Shown: positions 1 to 13,575 of the stretch, one piece after another | How the letters are laid out: each line of letters starts with the position of its first letter | Position numbering within the stretch: the first letter of the stretch is position 1 | NCBI RefSeq assembly: GCF_009914755.1 | Contig: NC_060929.1 | Direction: 5' to 3' (one strand) | Length of the DNA: 64,000 bases | Source of the DNA: the human T2T-CHM13v2.0 reference genome, Homo sapiens | Made by a program: the position numbers and the translations under genes | The notes under the pieces: model-generated | Told to the model about the DNA's origin: nothing | The model's database searches: none | What the model saw: the letters and a program-made list of their open reading frames with translations, nothing else

Positions 1-444
1 CTCCTTCCACTTCCTCAGTGTGGTCAATCCAGATATCTACCTTATACAACTTCCTCCTGGTGACCAACTCACTGCAGGACAACTGCTTATAGCCGACTTC
101 ACTGGTTCCAGTGACTCTCATACTCTATATAGTCTATGAAGATATGCCACAACAACTAACTCTCAGTAACAGCATGACCCACTGGAACTCATGACTGCTT
201 GCTTTAAACCACAATTAAAACTCCCTATAGGAAACCTGTTTGCAAAACACCCTGGACCCAATAAAGTGCCCCTTTCTCTCTGTACATGTTCCCTGACCTC
301 CGTGTGTTTGGGGCCTCCTGAGATGGTGTGTAGCTCCTGGAATTTGGAAGTATTAAAATCTTTATTTCCATCTTGTGTTTCTTCTATTCATAGGAGGGAT
401 GTTCTCCATCTTAAAAATCCTAAATCAAAACTATGTAATCAAAC
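1..444 (+). mobile_element. 3' part of an old ERV LTR (MER73/MER74-like, ERVL group), cut by the window edge
   Basis: LTR-like motifs 'gaactcatgactgcttgctttaaacc...aaactccctatagggaaacctg...ccctggacccaataaag' (AATAAA near 260) and a terminal ...aaaca; family from recall. Confidence 0.5.
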
Positions 445-654
445 AAGGGGCTCACTTAAAAAAAAATCAATTATCAAAATGGCTCAAAAACCAAGTGTGT
501 GTTTCTTCAGGGTAAAGTTTTCTCTTAAACTTAGAATAATTTTTCCTGAAGTCTACTTAATGTAAACCTATGTAATAAAATGTTTGTGTTAAAAAGTTTA
601 TTGAAGAAAATACTGACATAGAACTCAGTAAGTTTCTGTCAATCTGCTAAACAC

Positions 655-835
655 TTTAATAATGTTATTCTCATACCAAATCTATGAGGTAGGCCCTATT
701 TTATCCTCATTTTATAAATGAGAAAATTGATGCAGAGAGAAGTTAAGTAACTTATCCAAGTCTTTCAAGTAGTGAGATGTAGAAATGAGATTTTATCCAG
801 GTTGTCAGGCTTCATTATCTGTTCCTTAAACCACT
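655..835 (-). mobile_element. MIR SINE
   Basis: Antisense MIR core 'atcctcattttataaatgagaaaattgatgcagagagaagttaagtaacttatccaag'. Confidence 0.8.
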
Positions 836-1039
836 TCATTAAATTGATTGGAAATTCACTGTGGGTAATAAGGAGACGAATATATCTGTCCTTTATCATA
901 TTTAGTTGCTTTAAATTTAAAAATTCTAAAAACAATAACCACCAAAAATTTTATTAGATTCCAAAATACTGTTACATGGTACATACAATGACTCATATTT
1001 TGGCTTAGAGATTGTCCTCCTTATAATTTCATATCAATA

Positions 1040-1250
1040 ATAACAGTACAGCAACAGTTCATCATCGAGTACCTATTATATGCAAAACATGTTCTAGACA
1101 CATCACATACATTATCTCTTTAATCTCCATCATAAATGCATGAGGTAATTATTAATACCTCTACTTTATCTCTTAGTAAATTGAGATGAAATAAATGTAT
1201 CTGGAAATTAAACCCAATTCTGCCTTATTTCAAAGCTCACGTGCTTTTCT
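1040..1250 (-). mobile_element. MIR SINE, degenerate
   Basis: 'gagtacctattatatgcaaaacatgttctagacacatcacatacattatctctttaatc' matches the antisense MIR 3' half. Confidence 0.6.
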
Positions 1251-1462
1251 TTATAATACATGCATTAAACCTTCCACAAGCAATGATTCTGATGGTTCTA
1301 CTTTGTTATTTGGAAAACTAGAAGCAGAAAATATTCACATACATTTTTCATTTTTGAATAATCTCTTTATATCTTATTTTGAATAAGGCCTACCAATAGT
1401 TCTTGCACTTAAATCTACATACTTCTGATCAGAAAAAAATGTATATATTTCATTTGTTACTA

Positions 1463-1906
1463 TGTGGAGGCAAACGTGACTCCAACTTGGATGTTAATCT
1501 ACCATGTTGGTTTCTGATGAATCTCAGTTCTGGGATTGCCACCTATTTGCCCCTAGTGTAAGAACATGTAGTTACCATAAATCTTGGCCTTAGATTATAG
1601 TAACTGTGATGTTATCACACAAATTACAGTGACATGCATAGCATTCTTGCCTGTTCTGGAGAGTTTCCTTGAATTGTGTCTATAAAAAATATACACTCTT
1701 CCCTATGGTATATAAGTCCTGGGTCTAGAGGACAATGGTGCAGAAATCTATCTGTCTTACTGCCACCTAAGACTACACACCTTTCTATAAGTTCCCCAGT
1801 AGATCACCCTATACTGAAAAACTAAATTTGTCCCTCTCATTCTGTGATTTCTCAGCTTCTTCTGTGTTTGAGTGTCATTTTGTATATACTGCCTTTTCAT
1901 GGGAGA
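1463..1906 (+). mobile_element. 5' LTR (LTR47-like)
   Basis: Aligns with 9120-9550 (e.g. tagtgtaagaacatgta.ttaccataaatcttg; gcattcttgcctgttctggag; taagttccccagt). Confidence 0.88.
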
Positions 1907-1908
1907 GT

Positions 1909-1930
1909 TAGTGAGCTAGTCGAAGGAGTC
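1909..1930 (+). promoter_or_regulatory. Degenerate primer-binding site, best resembling tRNA-Arg(ACG)
   Basis: tagtgagctagtcgaaggagtc vs TGGCGAGCCAGCCAGGAGTC: 4 transitions plus a 2-nt insertion, directly after the 5' LTR. Confidence 0.5.
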
Positions 1931-1943
1931 CAAGAACCAAAAT

Positions 1944-3430
1944 ATGGGCAAAGGGAAGCACACATTAGCAGGGAGAATCCTGAGGTGGCCCTCCTTATCC
2001 ATGTGAGGTGTTCTTTTCTATCCACTACACGCCTGTGGATCACCACATGAGTATAGTAGAAAGTTGTATGACCCACTGAGGTAAGGAAGATCACCAGGTT
2101 ATGGCAACAGTGGGTTGGCCACTGTCATGTGCTGTGGGAATGACCACAGAGGCACAGTTTGTTGCTCAGGCAATGATATGAAAACTAGCGGAAGAATTAC
2201 AGTTAGAAAAGGATATGAGTACCTCTATGTCTGTATTTGTTTCTAGTCATGGATAAGCTCAAAACTCAGGAGATGCAGTTAGAAACCCTTGCCTGCCACT
2301 CCACTTTGTATGTCTGAGAGAAAGGAAACAGTGCTGGCTGAAAATGTGAGCTATCCTTGCTAAACTGACCTGAGATGCTAAGATGTGAAATCTTTGGGAA
2401 TCAGCTAGTGAGTCAGATGAAGACAGAAGTTATCTTGCAGGACTGGGATAACTATCCTCCCCTTTTGAGAGCAAGACCACTAGTGTAGTGGAAAACAAAA
2501 GCCCAGCACATGCAGCTGGGCAATAATAGATGACCTTTTCAGGAAACCTTAACTGTCCAAGAGAGCCTCAGCAGAATTTTTATTGGACATAAGAAAAACT
2601 TTTCAACAGCTGCTGAGAGGAAGCTTAGCCACACTGTTGGTGTGGCTGTGTGACAGTGATTGGAATGACATTTCCCCAGCAGGGAGTGAAACTGAATAAA
2701 ATGAGTAATATGACCACTCATCTTGCTTTGAGATAGCATTTGCATCATGCTAGAACTCTCTAGGAAAATCATAGTCTTATGGACTCGGTTTTCCTGGCCA
2801 TGAGAAAAGCTTGGCCCAAGAAAGGGGAATTCTTTGGTCAGATGGTGGCATGACAATCTCTGGGGAAGCACAGAGTGATTTAGGGAGTTGGACATGTGTC
2901 AGGCCATCTATACCCAACAATTTGAAGGATGAGATAAGGCTGTGCTTACCATGAGCATGAAAAATAAATTGTTGCAAGGTGCCCACTGGGAGTGGCATGG
3001 CCCCCTCCTATTCCACCTGAGCCCTCTCCTGAGACAAGATGTGTAGGACATGGGGGAAACTATAGCTGATCTTGAAGAAACTAAAAAGGGAAGAGTTAAA
3101 GTCGGTGGGTTACTAAAGGAAAAGGAAAAAAAAAAAGGGAGCCATGTCTGCCAGACTAAGAAAGCAAGGCCTAAATATCCCAGATAGGACTGCCAGGAAA
3201 CGAATGTGGTATTATCTGATCTCAGCTGGGGTAGACAAAGAAATAATAGACTGGCAACCCCATGCTTTATTAGTGGGGCTTTGGAAAAACCTGACTCCTG
3301 ATCAAGGATTCAGATACCTTCCCAGAACCCTGCCAGAGGAGGGAAAAGGAGAAAAAAAAAAACTCCACATAAGAGAATTCCAATTGCTATGCCTCAGGAG
3401 TTGATGCCTCCCCACCCTACAAACTAGAAG
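1944..3430 (+). pseudogene. gag: ERV gag remnant (stops and frameshifts)
   Basis: ATG at 1944 (MGKGK...); ORF 3144-3404 contains RKRMWYYLISAGVDKEIIDWQPHALLVGLW, typical of the class III Gag C-terminus. Confidence 0.75.
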
Positions 3431-3439
3431 TGTGGCCAA

Positions 3440-3830
3440 GGTCGCCTCCCTGTATGAATAATAGGGGGTGACCAGAGGCCCTAAATGGAGCTCATAATCT
3501 ATTAGTATCCAAAACCAAGCAGAGAACGTTAGCTTTAATGGATACGGGAGCAGAATGTACTTTAATTCATGGAAATTCAGAAAGATGCCCTGGTAAGTAA
3601 GCAGCTATAGATGGTCCATAGTTGAAAAATCCAAGTGAAACAAACTCCTCTCCTCCTTAGTATTGAAAAGAGTGCCCCCCACCCCCTGAGTCCCCATCCT
3701 GCTTACTATACTGTATTTAACCTATTCCAGAAAACATCTTGGGTATGGATGTCCCTTTAAGATGCACAACACAAACATCTGCGGGGAAATTCTACCTATA
3801 AGTTTGGGCTGTGAGATGTATTTTAAGAAG
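3440..3830 (+). pseudogene. pro: ERV aspartic protease remnant
   Basis: LALMDTGAECTLIHGN, with DTG at 3541-3549. Confidence 0.85.
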
Positions 3831-4511
3831 GGAAGCAAAATGGAATCTGTACAACTCCCTCCTGCACAACATATTGTTAGTGTGAAACAATTCCATCTTT
3901 CTGGTGGGATAGAAGAAATTACAACCATCATACAGGAACTGACCAAAGTAAATTTTCTTTGGCTAGCCCAGAGCCATTTCAATAGCCCTTTATGGAGGGA
4001 AGAAAAATCAGGTGCTAGCTGGGGCATGACAATGAACTACCGGAAACTAAATAATGTGGTTCCTGAGATAAACGCCGTTGTGCCTAATATAACTCAAGTG
4101 ATAGAACAAATAATAGAGAATATAGGCATTTATCATGCAGTGTTTGATTTGACTAATGCCTCCTTCAGTGTTCCTTTACACCTTGACTGACAAGGGCAAT
4201 TTGCTGTTATTTGGAATGGCCAACAATGAGCATTCCAAGTATTATCCCTGGAATATCTACAGAGTCCCACTGTTTGCCATAAAATTATTGCTAAAGATTC
4301 AACTTTATGTCCAATGCCACCTGCTGATAAACAGTTTCATAACATTGATGATATTGTGCTAACCTCTGAAGGCTTGTCATTGCTACAGCAACACCTCAAT
4401 GCATTGAGCACCCTACTTCAATCTAGAAAATGGGCCATCAACCCACAAAAGATATAAGGACAAGGACTGGCTATAAATTCTCTAGGGGTTACTTGGTTAG
4501 GTAAGACATAC
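3831..4511 (+). pseudogene. pol: ERV reverse transcriptase, N-terminal/palm part
   Basis: FNSPLW...WGMTMNYRKLN...VFDLTNASFSVPL...YLQSP...HNIDDIV (YxDD decayed to NIDD at 4341-4352); in-frame stops. Confidence 0.9.
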
Positions 4512-5921
4512 TGACTCAGGATTCTTTTGGTGCCGCTTCACCAGGTGGGTGCCTCTGCCTGGGCTTTCCTCAGCTCTAGGCTCCCCTCAGCTCTAGGCTC
4601 TCCACTGGGCTTGCTCTGCCCACTTGGCCCAGCGGGCTGAACTCAGCTTGTGCTACTAGCCTAGATCCCACGTGTATTAGTCCATTCTCATGCTGCTAAT
4701 AAAGACATACAGAAGACTGGGTAATTCATAAGGGAAAGAAGTTTAATTGACTCACAGTTCAGCATGGCTGGGGAGGCCTCAGGAAACTTACAATCATGGT
4801 GGAAGGGGAAGCAAACACATCCTCCTTCACATGGTGGCAGCATGGAGAAGTGCTCAGCAAAGGTGGGGAAAAGCCCCTTGTAAAACCATCAGATCTTGTG
4901 ACAACTCACTCACTATCACGAGAACAGCATGGAAGTAACCACCCCCATGATTCATTTACCTCCCATTGGGTCCCTCTCACAACATGTGGGGGTATGGGAA
5001 CTACAATTCAAGATGAGATTTGGGTGGGGATGCAGCCAAACCATATCACCACTCAGGCACAGGGACTCCATGCTCAGCGCATGGCTGAGCCCAGCTTGCC
5101 GCGGTTTTCACATTGGGTGCTGGAGTCTGTACAAGGAGGAGGCAGCAGCACCCAAAAACTTGGAGACAAGAGCAGCCGTGGAGCCCCAGGGAGTGTTACA
5201 ACTCTTGCCCGGGGATTCTCGAAATTTGAGACCCCAGGAAGCATTACAGCTTATCTGTATTATAGCTTGTTCATGCTACAGCTCATTTGTGTTACAGCTC
5301 TTTTGTTCCTGCCGTCCACATGCTTTGGCAAACAAGGGTGTGTCACAGCTCATTTGGTCCTGCCACCCTGCTCTAGTCTGTGGCTCCTGGGCTGGCCTGG
5401 CCCTGCTGCTTCTGCTTTTCATCCTGTGGGACAGCTGCCAAGCACAGCAGAAGGCGGAAAGTTTACAGTGTTACAACTCCTTTCACACCCGCCATTTGTT
5501 GGGTTCCAGGTTCTTGTCCTGCATCCAAGAGGAATGAGGCCCATGGACACTGGAGAGTGAGCAAGGCGGAGAAGGGTTTTATTGAGCAACAGAAAAGCTC
5601 TCAATATAAGAGTGGACCCAAAGTGGATAGCCTTCTGTGTGAGAGGGGGCCTGAAAGCAGGTAGTCCAAACGTGTGACTGAGTCCAGGGTTTTCATGGGC
5701 TCAAAATGTGGGATTGTTTGCTGACTGGTCCATGGGTGGGCCTGGAAAAAGCACCATTTCATTGACTAAACGGCATCGAGGAAGTTCTCACTTCAGTCGT
5801 GGACTCACCCGGAACTAGCAGCTCAGTTTTCAGGCTTTAAGGTGTCTTTGGCTTGAAGGTTGGGTTTCACTACGGACCGTCCCTGTCTGCGTAGGAATTT
5901 GTCTGTCTCCTGCTGCTATCA
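4512..5921 (-). mobile_element. ERV1 solo LTR (MER52/LTR27-28 group) inserted in RT
   Basis: TG...CA termini; 4-bp TSD ATAC (4508-4511, 5922-5925); minus strand starts tgatagcagcaggagacagacaaattcc...gaaacccaaccttcaagccaaagac. Removing it restores the pol frame (GKTY|LTLGAVIEKIQ). Confidence 0.85.
4673..5048 (-). mobile_element. THE1C-like MaLR solo LTR nested in the ERV1 LTR
   Basis: tgtattagtccattctcatgctgctaataaagacatac...gccaaaccatatca; TSD ccacg/ccact (4 of 5). Confidence 0.9.
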
Positions 5922-5980
5922 ATACCTTACCCTAGGAGCAGTCATTGAGAAAATACAATTTTTCATGTTTAAAACAGTTA

Positions 5981-6304
<324 letters not shown>

Positions 6305-6319
6305 AAAACAGTTAAACAG

Positions 6320-7348
6320 TTACAAAGTTTCCTAGGTCTTTTGGAATATTGGCCGGCTTTTATTCCATATTTAGCTCAATGTTTGTATCACTTATACAAG
6401 AAGGAATCTAGTTGGTGCTTGGATAAAGAACAGGAGGAAGCCTTTGAGAAGGCTGAAATACTAGCAGCTTAGACAGATTTAGGTTTCCCTCTTCCTGGGA
6501 TACCAATGTCTTTGGATGGGATCATAATCTCTGAGGAAATCAGTTGGGACCTCTGGCAAGTCCAGCATAGGAAAGCAGTTCACCCTTCACTACTATGGAC
6601 GAGTGCTTAAACCTACCATGGGTCCTGGGACTATACAAGTTTTGCTGCAAGTTGAAACCATAACTGATGTTTTGCTCGTAATAGTGAGAACAGGCCTCCC
6701 TATTAAAGGCTGGATAAAAGGTTTGTTTATCAGGCCTATACTGGGTATTCCCTAGGCCTCCACTTTACAAGGGTGTCATGCATACATGCAACAACATAGC
6801 ACCCTCTCCATGAGTCCCTTGAGAGATGAACTGCATGCTATCTTAGGGCCAGTACTCTATGAGACCAGTGCTGCTTCTACTGTGGAAACCCCACAGGAGA
6901 TACCTTTAATAAAATATAAAGGCACAGCCTCTATTCTTGTAAACATATAATTCTCAGATGGGTTGAGCTGAGATAATCCTGGTATATGGATGGCAGTAGC
7001 TGGCCAACCACAGACAGATACTATATTGTTTGAAATGGCAATGCAACAGAGCAGTTAATGGGCAGAACTCTGAACTGTATGGTCTGTTTGTACCCATACA
7101 CAATGGCCTACAGTTTTCTGTACAGCCAGTTGGGCAGTATTTAAGGGTCTTACAGCTTGGCTTGCCCAGTGGACTCAAGATGATTGATATGTGCTTAAAA
7201 ATCCCTGATGGAGAGCTGCCATTTGGAAAGACATTTGGGAGAGGCTACAAGAACCCACTGCTGATTGTGTATCATATTTTAACATACTGGTCAGATTCAC
7301 CTCCCAGTAATATGAAGGAGATACCTTAGCAAAAATTAGACCACTACC
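6320..7348 (+). pseudogene. pol: ERV RT thumb/connection and RNase H remnant
   Basis: LQSFLGLLEYWPAFIPYLAQ; RNase H-like FSDG...SS*WAEL...CTASWAVFKGLTAWLAQW around 6950-7172. Confidence 0.85.
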
Positions 7349-7667
<319 letters not shown>

Positions 7668-7677
7668 GAACACTACC

Positions 7678-8640
7678 TCTCTCCAAATCATCTGAGCTAG
7701 CTGATTTGGTACACAAACATAGTGGGCATTGGTGCATGATTGATCTGGCAAATAGCAAGAAGAGTAGGAGTGCCCCTCCACTTTACAGATTTAGTGGCAG
7801 CAATAGCCAACTGCTTAGTTTGCTCCTATATGTGCCCCTGCAACATCACAAACACACACCAGAACACATATTTAAGAGCTGCCTTCATGAGAGACTGGCA
7901 AAGAGACTATATCAAACCCATCAGTAAGCTTAGGATAAAAGTATGCACTATAATGCGTTGATACTGCCATGAAAATGTTGCAGGCCTTCTCTTGCAAAAG
8001 GACAAACCAAACAGCTACCATTAAGGGCTTGTAGCAACCCAGTGTCATGTATGGATATCCTCAGCAATCAAGGCACACATTTCAATGGACATGATACCCA
8101 AGACTGGGCACATGAAAAAGATATATACTGGAGATTTCACTTGCCACATAATCTCCAAATGGCAGGATTGATTGAAAGAAAAAATAACATTTTGAAGGCC
8201 CAATTGCAAACACATTACAATCTAATACTTTGCATGGGTGGGCAAAGTTTTTGTCTCAAGCCATTAGGAACCTTCATTCGATTGAAATGAACATGGGGGT
8301 GGCACCATACCAATGACATGGGACCATTGTGGAGAAGGGTCTATTAACCATAATTGTAAAAAAAGTTCACCCAGATGCCTTTCTACTGGAACTAATAAAA
8401 GGCCAATGACAAATGTTATTCAGGACTCCCCAAGACCTTGAACCATGGGAAGGAACACCTAAATGGGGGTTGGACTGACAACTTCTCCCAGGTTAAATAG
8501 GGTATTAATTATCGCAAAGCAAGGAATTCTCTGGCTAACTAAAGTGGTCTCTGTTGATTCTGTGGGTGTCTGAACCAAGATGTTCCATGTACCAACACAC
8601 TGGAATATAGCCCCTTTTAAAAGACTCTCTAGTTGCCCAT
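7678..8640 (+). pseudogene. pol: ERV integrase remnant
   Basis: Zinc-finger pieces VHKHSGH...CLVC; core DWQRDYIKP, SNQGTHF, GLIERKNNILK; frameshifted. Confidence 0.85.
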
Positions 8641-8849
8641 TTGACATGGTCCTCTGCCACCCTTGTAACCTTACAGATAATGCCACAGGCACCTTTGCCC
8701 CTCAGGCAACATGTTTGGCATGCATGCCCAGCACATACTCCTCTGGCTGCCTATGTCCTGACTAAGATGAAGCTATCACAATCATTTTGCTTGATGATGA
8801 AGAGCTGCCTCGCCAAGTACCTACCAATCCCTTGTATTTCTGCCCATAG

Positions 8850-9002
8850 TTTTCTATTCATATTGCTGTTCTCCTCTATACCTCTTGATTTGGATCCTGG
8901 GGAACATGGTGGCAAAAGGCATCATTGATTCTGTGTTTTATATTTGCCGTAAGTGTCATTGTCTGCTGTTGTCTGTATTGTTGCTGTCACCTCTGCTTTT
9001 AA
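8850..9002 (+). pseudogene. env: env remnant: membrane anchor and Cys-rich tail, ectodomain absent
   Basis: 8889-9002 reads FGSWGTWWQKASLILCFIFAVSVIVCCCLYCCCHLCF*, just upstream of the polypurine tract and 3' LTR; a hydrophobic FLFILLFSS lies immediately upstream in another frame. Confidence 0.6.
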
Positions 9003-9119
9003 GTAGAAAGCAAATTGGAGCAGCTTGTCACCCACGTTGGCCTCCCCACTAGAGGCTCAGGGAACATTGCAGAAGAGGTGGGTATGTGAGATTTTCAGAA
9101 CCAAATTAGAGGAGTAGAA

Positions 9120-9550
9120 TGTGGAGACCAAAGCCTTTTGATTAATTTCAGTCCTGGGAATGCCTTCTAATTTCGACTTTATTTACCATCCTTAGTGTAA
9201 GAACATGTACTTACCATAAATCTTGTCCTTACATCAAATCAATCTTGATGTTATTGCACAAATTAGGGGCTGTAACACATACAGCATTCTTGCCTGTTCT
9301 GGAGGCTTGCTGTTAATTTTCTCCATAGAGCATGTACCCTCTTTCTCTATGGTATGCAAGTCCTGGGTCTGGGGAGTAATGGTACAGAGATCTACCTGTT
9401 TTGCTGCCATCCAGTACTATGCCTCTGCCTGTAAGTTCCCCAGTGAATTACCCTCTACCACCAAAATAGATTTATCTATCTCATTTTTTGGTTTCTTGGC
9501 TCCTTCCACATTTGGGGTTCATTTTGCATATATGATCTTTTCACAAAACA
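9120..9550 (+). mobile_element. 3' LTR (LTR47-like)
   Basis: Preceded by purine-rich agaggagtagaa; homologous to 1463-1906 with a ~35-bp deletion near its 5' end; followed by TSD TACTA. Confidence 0.88.
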
Positions 9551-9639
9551 TACTAGTATTTTTCTTGCCAGTAAAACCCGTAAATGGCAACTTGGTAAAT
9601 GCACAAGAAATTACAGTACCAGAAGCAAGAGTTGGCAGA

Positions 9640-10120
9640 AATTTTTTTTAAATCTAACCATTCAAACACAGAAATTATCAGATATAGAGTAAAAACTAAT
9701 GTATTTCATAAAAATGAAAGAGCTTAAATATGAAAGGAAAAACTACATTGAAAAATGAGAATCAAGAAAAACTTCTAGATATAAAAATACGGCAGTGGAA
9801 ATTTAAGCTTTCTGTATGCTTTCTAACAAAGTATTATTAATATTTACTATTGAAGAGAAAATTAAGAAGAAGATAGACTGAAAAAACCGTTATCTAAAAG
9901 TTACCCCAGATAGATAAACACATGTGCATACAATAAGAAGGTAAAAGATACAGAGGGCAAAGTGAGAAAATCTAATTGAAGTTTCAAAAAAAGAGGTAAG
10001 GCAAACTTGTAAGAGATAATAAGTAAGGCTTTCCCAGTAAAGATTAAGACACTATCCAAATTTTATAGAAACCTACAAACAGCAAAGCAAGGCTGGGCAT
10101 AGTGAAAGTGCAGAACACCA
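9640..10120 (+). mobile_element. Ancient L1/HAL1 ORF1-region fragment
   Basis: A-rich L1 ORF1-like text (aatcaagaaaaacttctagatataaaaatac...agtgagaaaatctaatt...catagtgaaagtgcagaacacca). Confidence 0.5.
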
Positions 10121-10298
10121 TCCTGGCTGAGCTGCCTTCTATACTGATTGTTCAGTCCTTTTGTGATTTCATTGCCAAATGTTTCAAATATCATCCCTGA
10201 GCATAATGGTAATAACCTTTTGATGAAACAGACCTGGGAAAAAATTCTAGTTGTTGTAATGAATTTGTGCTATGTTGAAGGTTATTCTCAACATTAAA

Positions 10299-10838
10299 TG
10301 TGTTAGTCTTAAAATATGTCCACTAATTATATGACACTATTACCTTCAAAATGTAAAGCCAAATTTCCCATCCCTTGACTGTTGGTTGCTAGATTTCGGG
10401 ACTAAAAATAATACATGGCCAAGGTATTATGTGACTTCTGAGACTAGGTCATAAATTAGGTATACTTTTTGCTTGGCACTTTCTATCTCAAATTGCTTGT
10501 TCTGAAGAAGGCAGGCTGCTATGTTGTGAAGATATCCAAACAGCTCTATGAAAAGGCCTGTGGGAAAAATTGAGACATTTTGCCAACTTGCTAGCACCAA
10601 CTTGCCTGCCCGTGAATGAGCCACCTTGGAAGTGGATCTTCTATCCCCAAATATTCAAACTGACATCCCTGTGGACATTTTAATTACAACCTTATCAGAA
10701 GGGATTAGACATGACTTCTCAGCAAAGCTACTGAAACATTACTCTCCACAAACACTGTGAGAGATAATAAATGTTTATTGTGGTTTTGAGCCACTAGGTT
10801 TTGTAGTAAGTTGTTACACAGCAATAGCTAATTAATAT
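10299..10838 (+). mobile_element. MLT1F/G-type MaLR solo LTR
   Basis: ttaaaatatgtccac...tgtgacttctgagactaggtcataaa...gccaccttggaagtggatc...gccactaggttttg...ttgttacacagcaatag.taa.taata. Confidence 0.8.
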
Positions 10839-11677
10839 AATAAAGTATATGACTCTATGAAAGAAGCTGGTTAAAAAGAATGTGTTAGTTTATCTGACAA
10901 AACAGAGTGGAGGGTTGGTGAAAAGGGTTTTAACAGAAATGGAAAAATAATAATAATTATTATTAACACTAAGAATAAAATATTAACAGTAAACTTTGTT
11001 TCAAAAATCATGAGAGATCCCAGGGAACTTAGAAAAGAGAACAAGTTCTGATCTACTGTCATGTTTAGATATAAATTATTGTCCAACTTAAATATTATCA
11101 CAGTTCATACAGAATCTATTTTGGGAAACAAGGTTATTAATCAGTTGCCTTATGTCTATTTAATCTCTTTAACCAGAGGAAAAACAAAGAAAGAAGGTAA
11201 CCCAATCTAACCTTCTTCTCATAAAGAGATTAGTGATATTTTCTAGGAGCAACAGTCCTTATTTCTGAAATGGTCTTAGGAGGATGTATTTGGCTAAAGA
11301 TTATGTATAATAAATAAAATCTTTGGCTTCTGAGGCATAGCTCCCTGGAAAATGTCACATGATCTGGAGTATAAAATGAAGAAATTTCATAAATGAATCC
11401 TCTCCTTTGAAGTTATTAGCGGTTTCTCACTTTGTAATCTCACCTATTGTTGTGGACCGGATTGCTGGTGCCAAAGAAGAGAAGAAAAAAAAAAAAGACC
11501 TGGATAACTATGTGTGATTTTTTAGACATGCTTTGTGTCAGCAGCTTTACTATCTGTATTTTGAAATTATTAGCAAAGCTTAATATTGACAAATATTTAT
11601 GATTTTTATGAGTCTGAACCTAGAGTGCATTTCTTTATGCTGGTTCAGCCTAGAAGAAAAAATTATCATATGTCCTA

Positions 11678-12561
<884 letters not shown>

Positions 12562-13129
12562 TGTATGTAATATAACTATTGTTTCTTATTTATTAAACTG
12601 GAAATATTATAATTAATAAAAATAATAGATGGGTACATAGATCAATAGGAAGCATTTAAGAAGAGAGATATATATATAGAGAGAGAGTCTAAAATCAATA
12701 GAACAGAACATCAATAGAGAATCTCCTAAATGTTTTCCTTTTAAGAGAAAAAAAAATCACAGCTGGAAGATTTGCTACATAAAAAATGAAAAGACAAAAA
12801 TATACTCAGGTATATTTAAACAAGTGACTATAGCAAATAAGAGGAATAAATATTTTGGAGTTGAAATGAGTGAGAACCAAAATACATGACAATAATAGTT
12901 TAAGGGCTTGAGATAATAGAAATGTGAGTGTTTTTTTTTTTTTTTTTTTGAGGAAGCAAGAATATCCATCAATTTTTATTTTAAAAATATCTGGGATTAA
13001 ATAAATTTGTAAACATCTCAACTAAAATGGAACCTAATATAAAGGAATCAATCAACTTCAAAGAAATATAAAAGAAGGAAAGAACATAGAATAGACAGAT
13101 CTCTTATTCATTCTCTTTTTCTCCTTCTT

Positions 13130-13575
13130 TCTCTTTGGACTCCTGATGTGCAAAATTGGATCAATCATTATTACTTGTTTTGACACATAATTTTCATTAC
13201 AGATTTATGAATTCTTCACTGTTAATCATTCACATAGCCATCTTAAACTGCAAAAGTGCCAAAATCTGAGACATACACAGCAATCAACTAATGACATGAT
13301 TCTCACCTCACCTTCACCCACCTCTACCTGAAACAAAATAACTACTTTCCTAAACTTCTTAATATTTTCTTGTTTTCTTTCCTATCTTCCCTTATAATGC
13401 TTAAAAATAATCTCCATAATTTGTTTATAAACTTATTTATGCTCCAGAACATAATCTCTTTATAAATAGAAATGTGCCAACCTTGTTCACTTCTAATTTA
13501 CTAGCACCTAGAGCAACACCACGTACATCATGAATTTAATTTTTTTATTGCTAAACAAATCATGGATAAATGTAT
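13130..13575 (+). mobile_element. L2 3' fragments, very degenerate
   Basis: gccatcttaaactgc...; ccttgttcacttc...ctagcacctagagcaacac...catggataaatg resemble the L2 3' end. Confidence 0.4.

Noticed and set aside
3762-4190. RT-like ORF as a functional or domesticated gene
   Set aside because: In-frame stops follow, YxDD has decayed to NIDD, and the domain is split by a 1.4-kb insertion.
4796-5560. Longest ORF (254 aa) and overlapping 202-aa ORF
   Set aside because: They run antisense through the THE1C and ERV1 LTRs; chance open frames in GC-richer LTR DNA with no domain signal.
8400-8640. dUTPase after integrase, as in HERV-L
   Set aside because: Only a vague W..QLLPG-like stretch; the conserved dUTPase motifs cannot be read.
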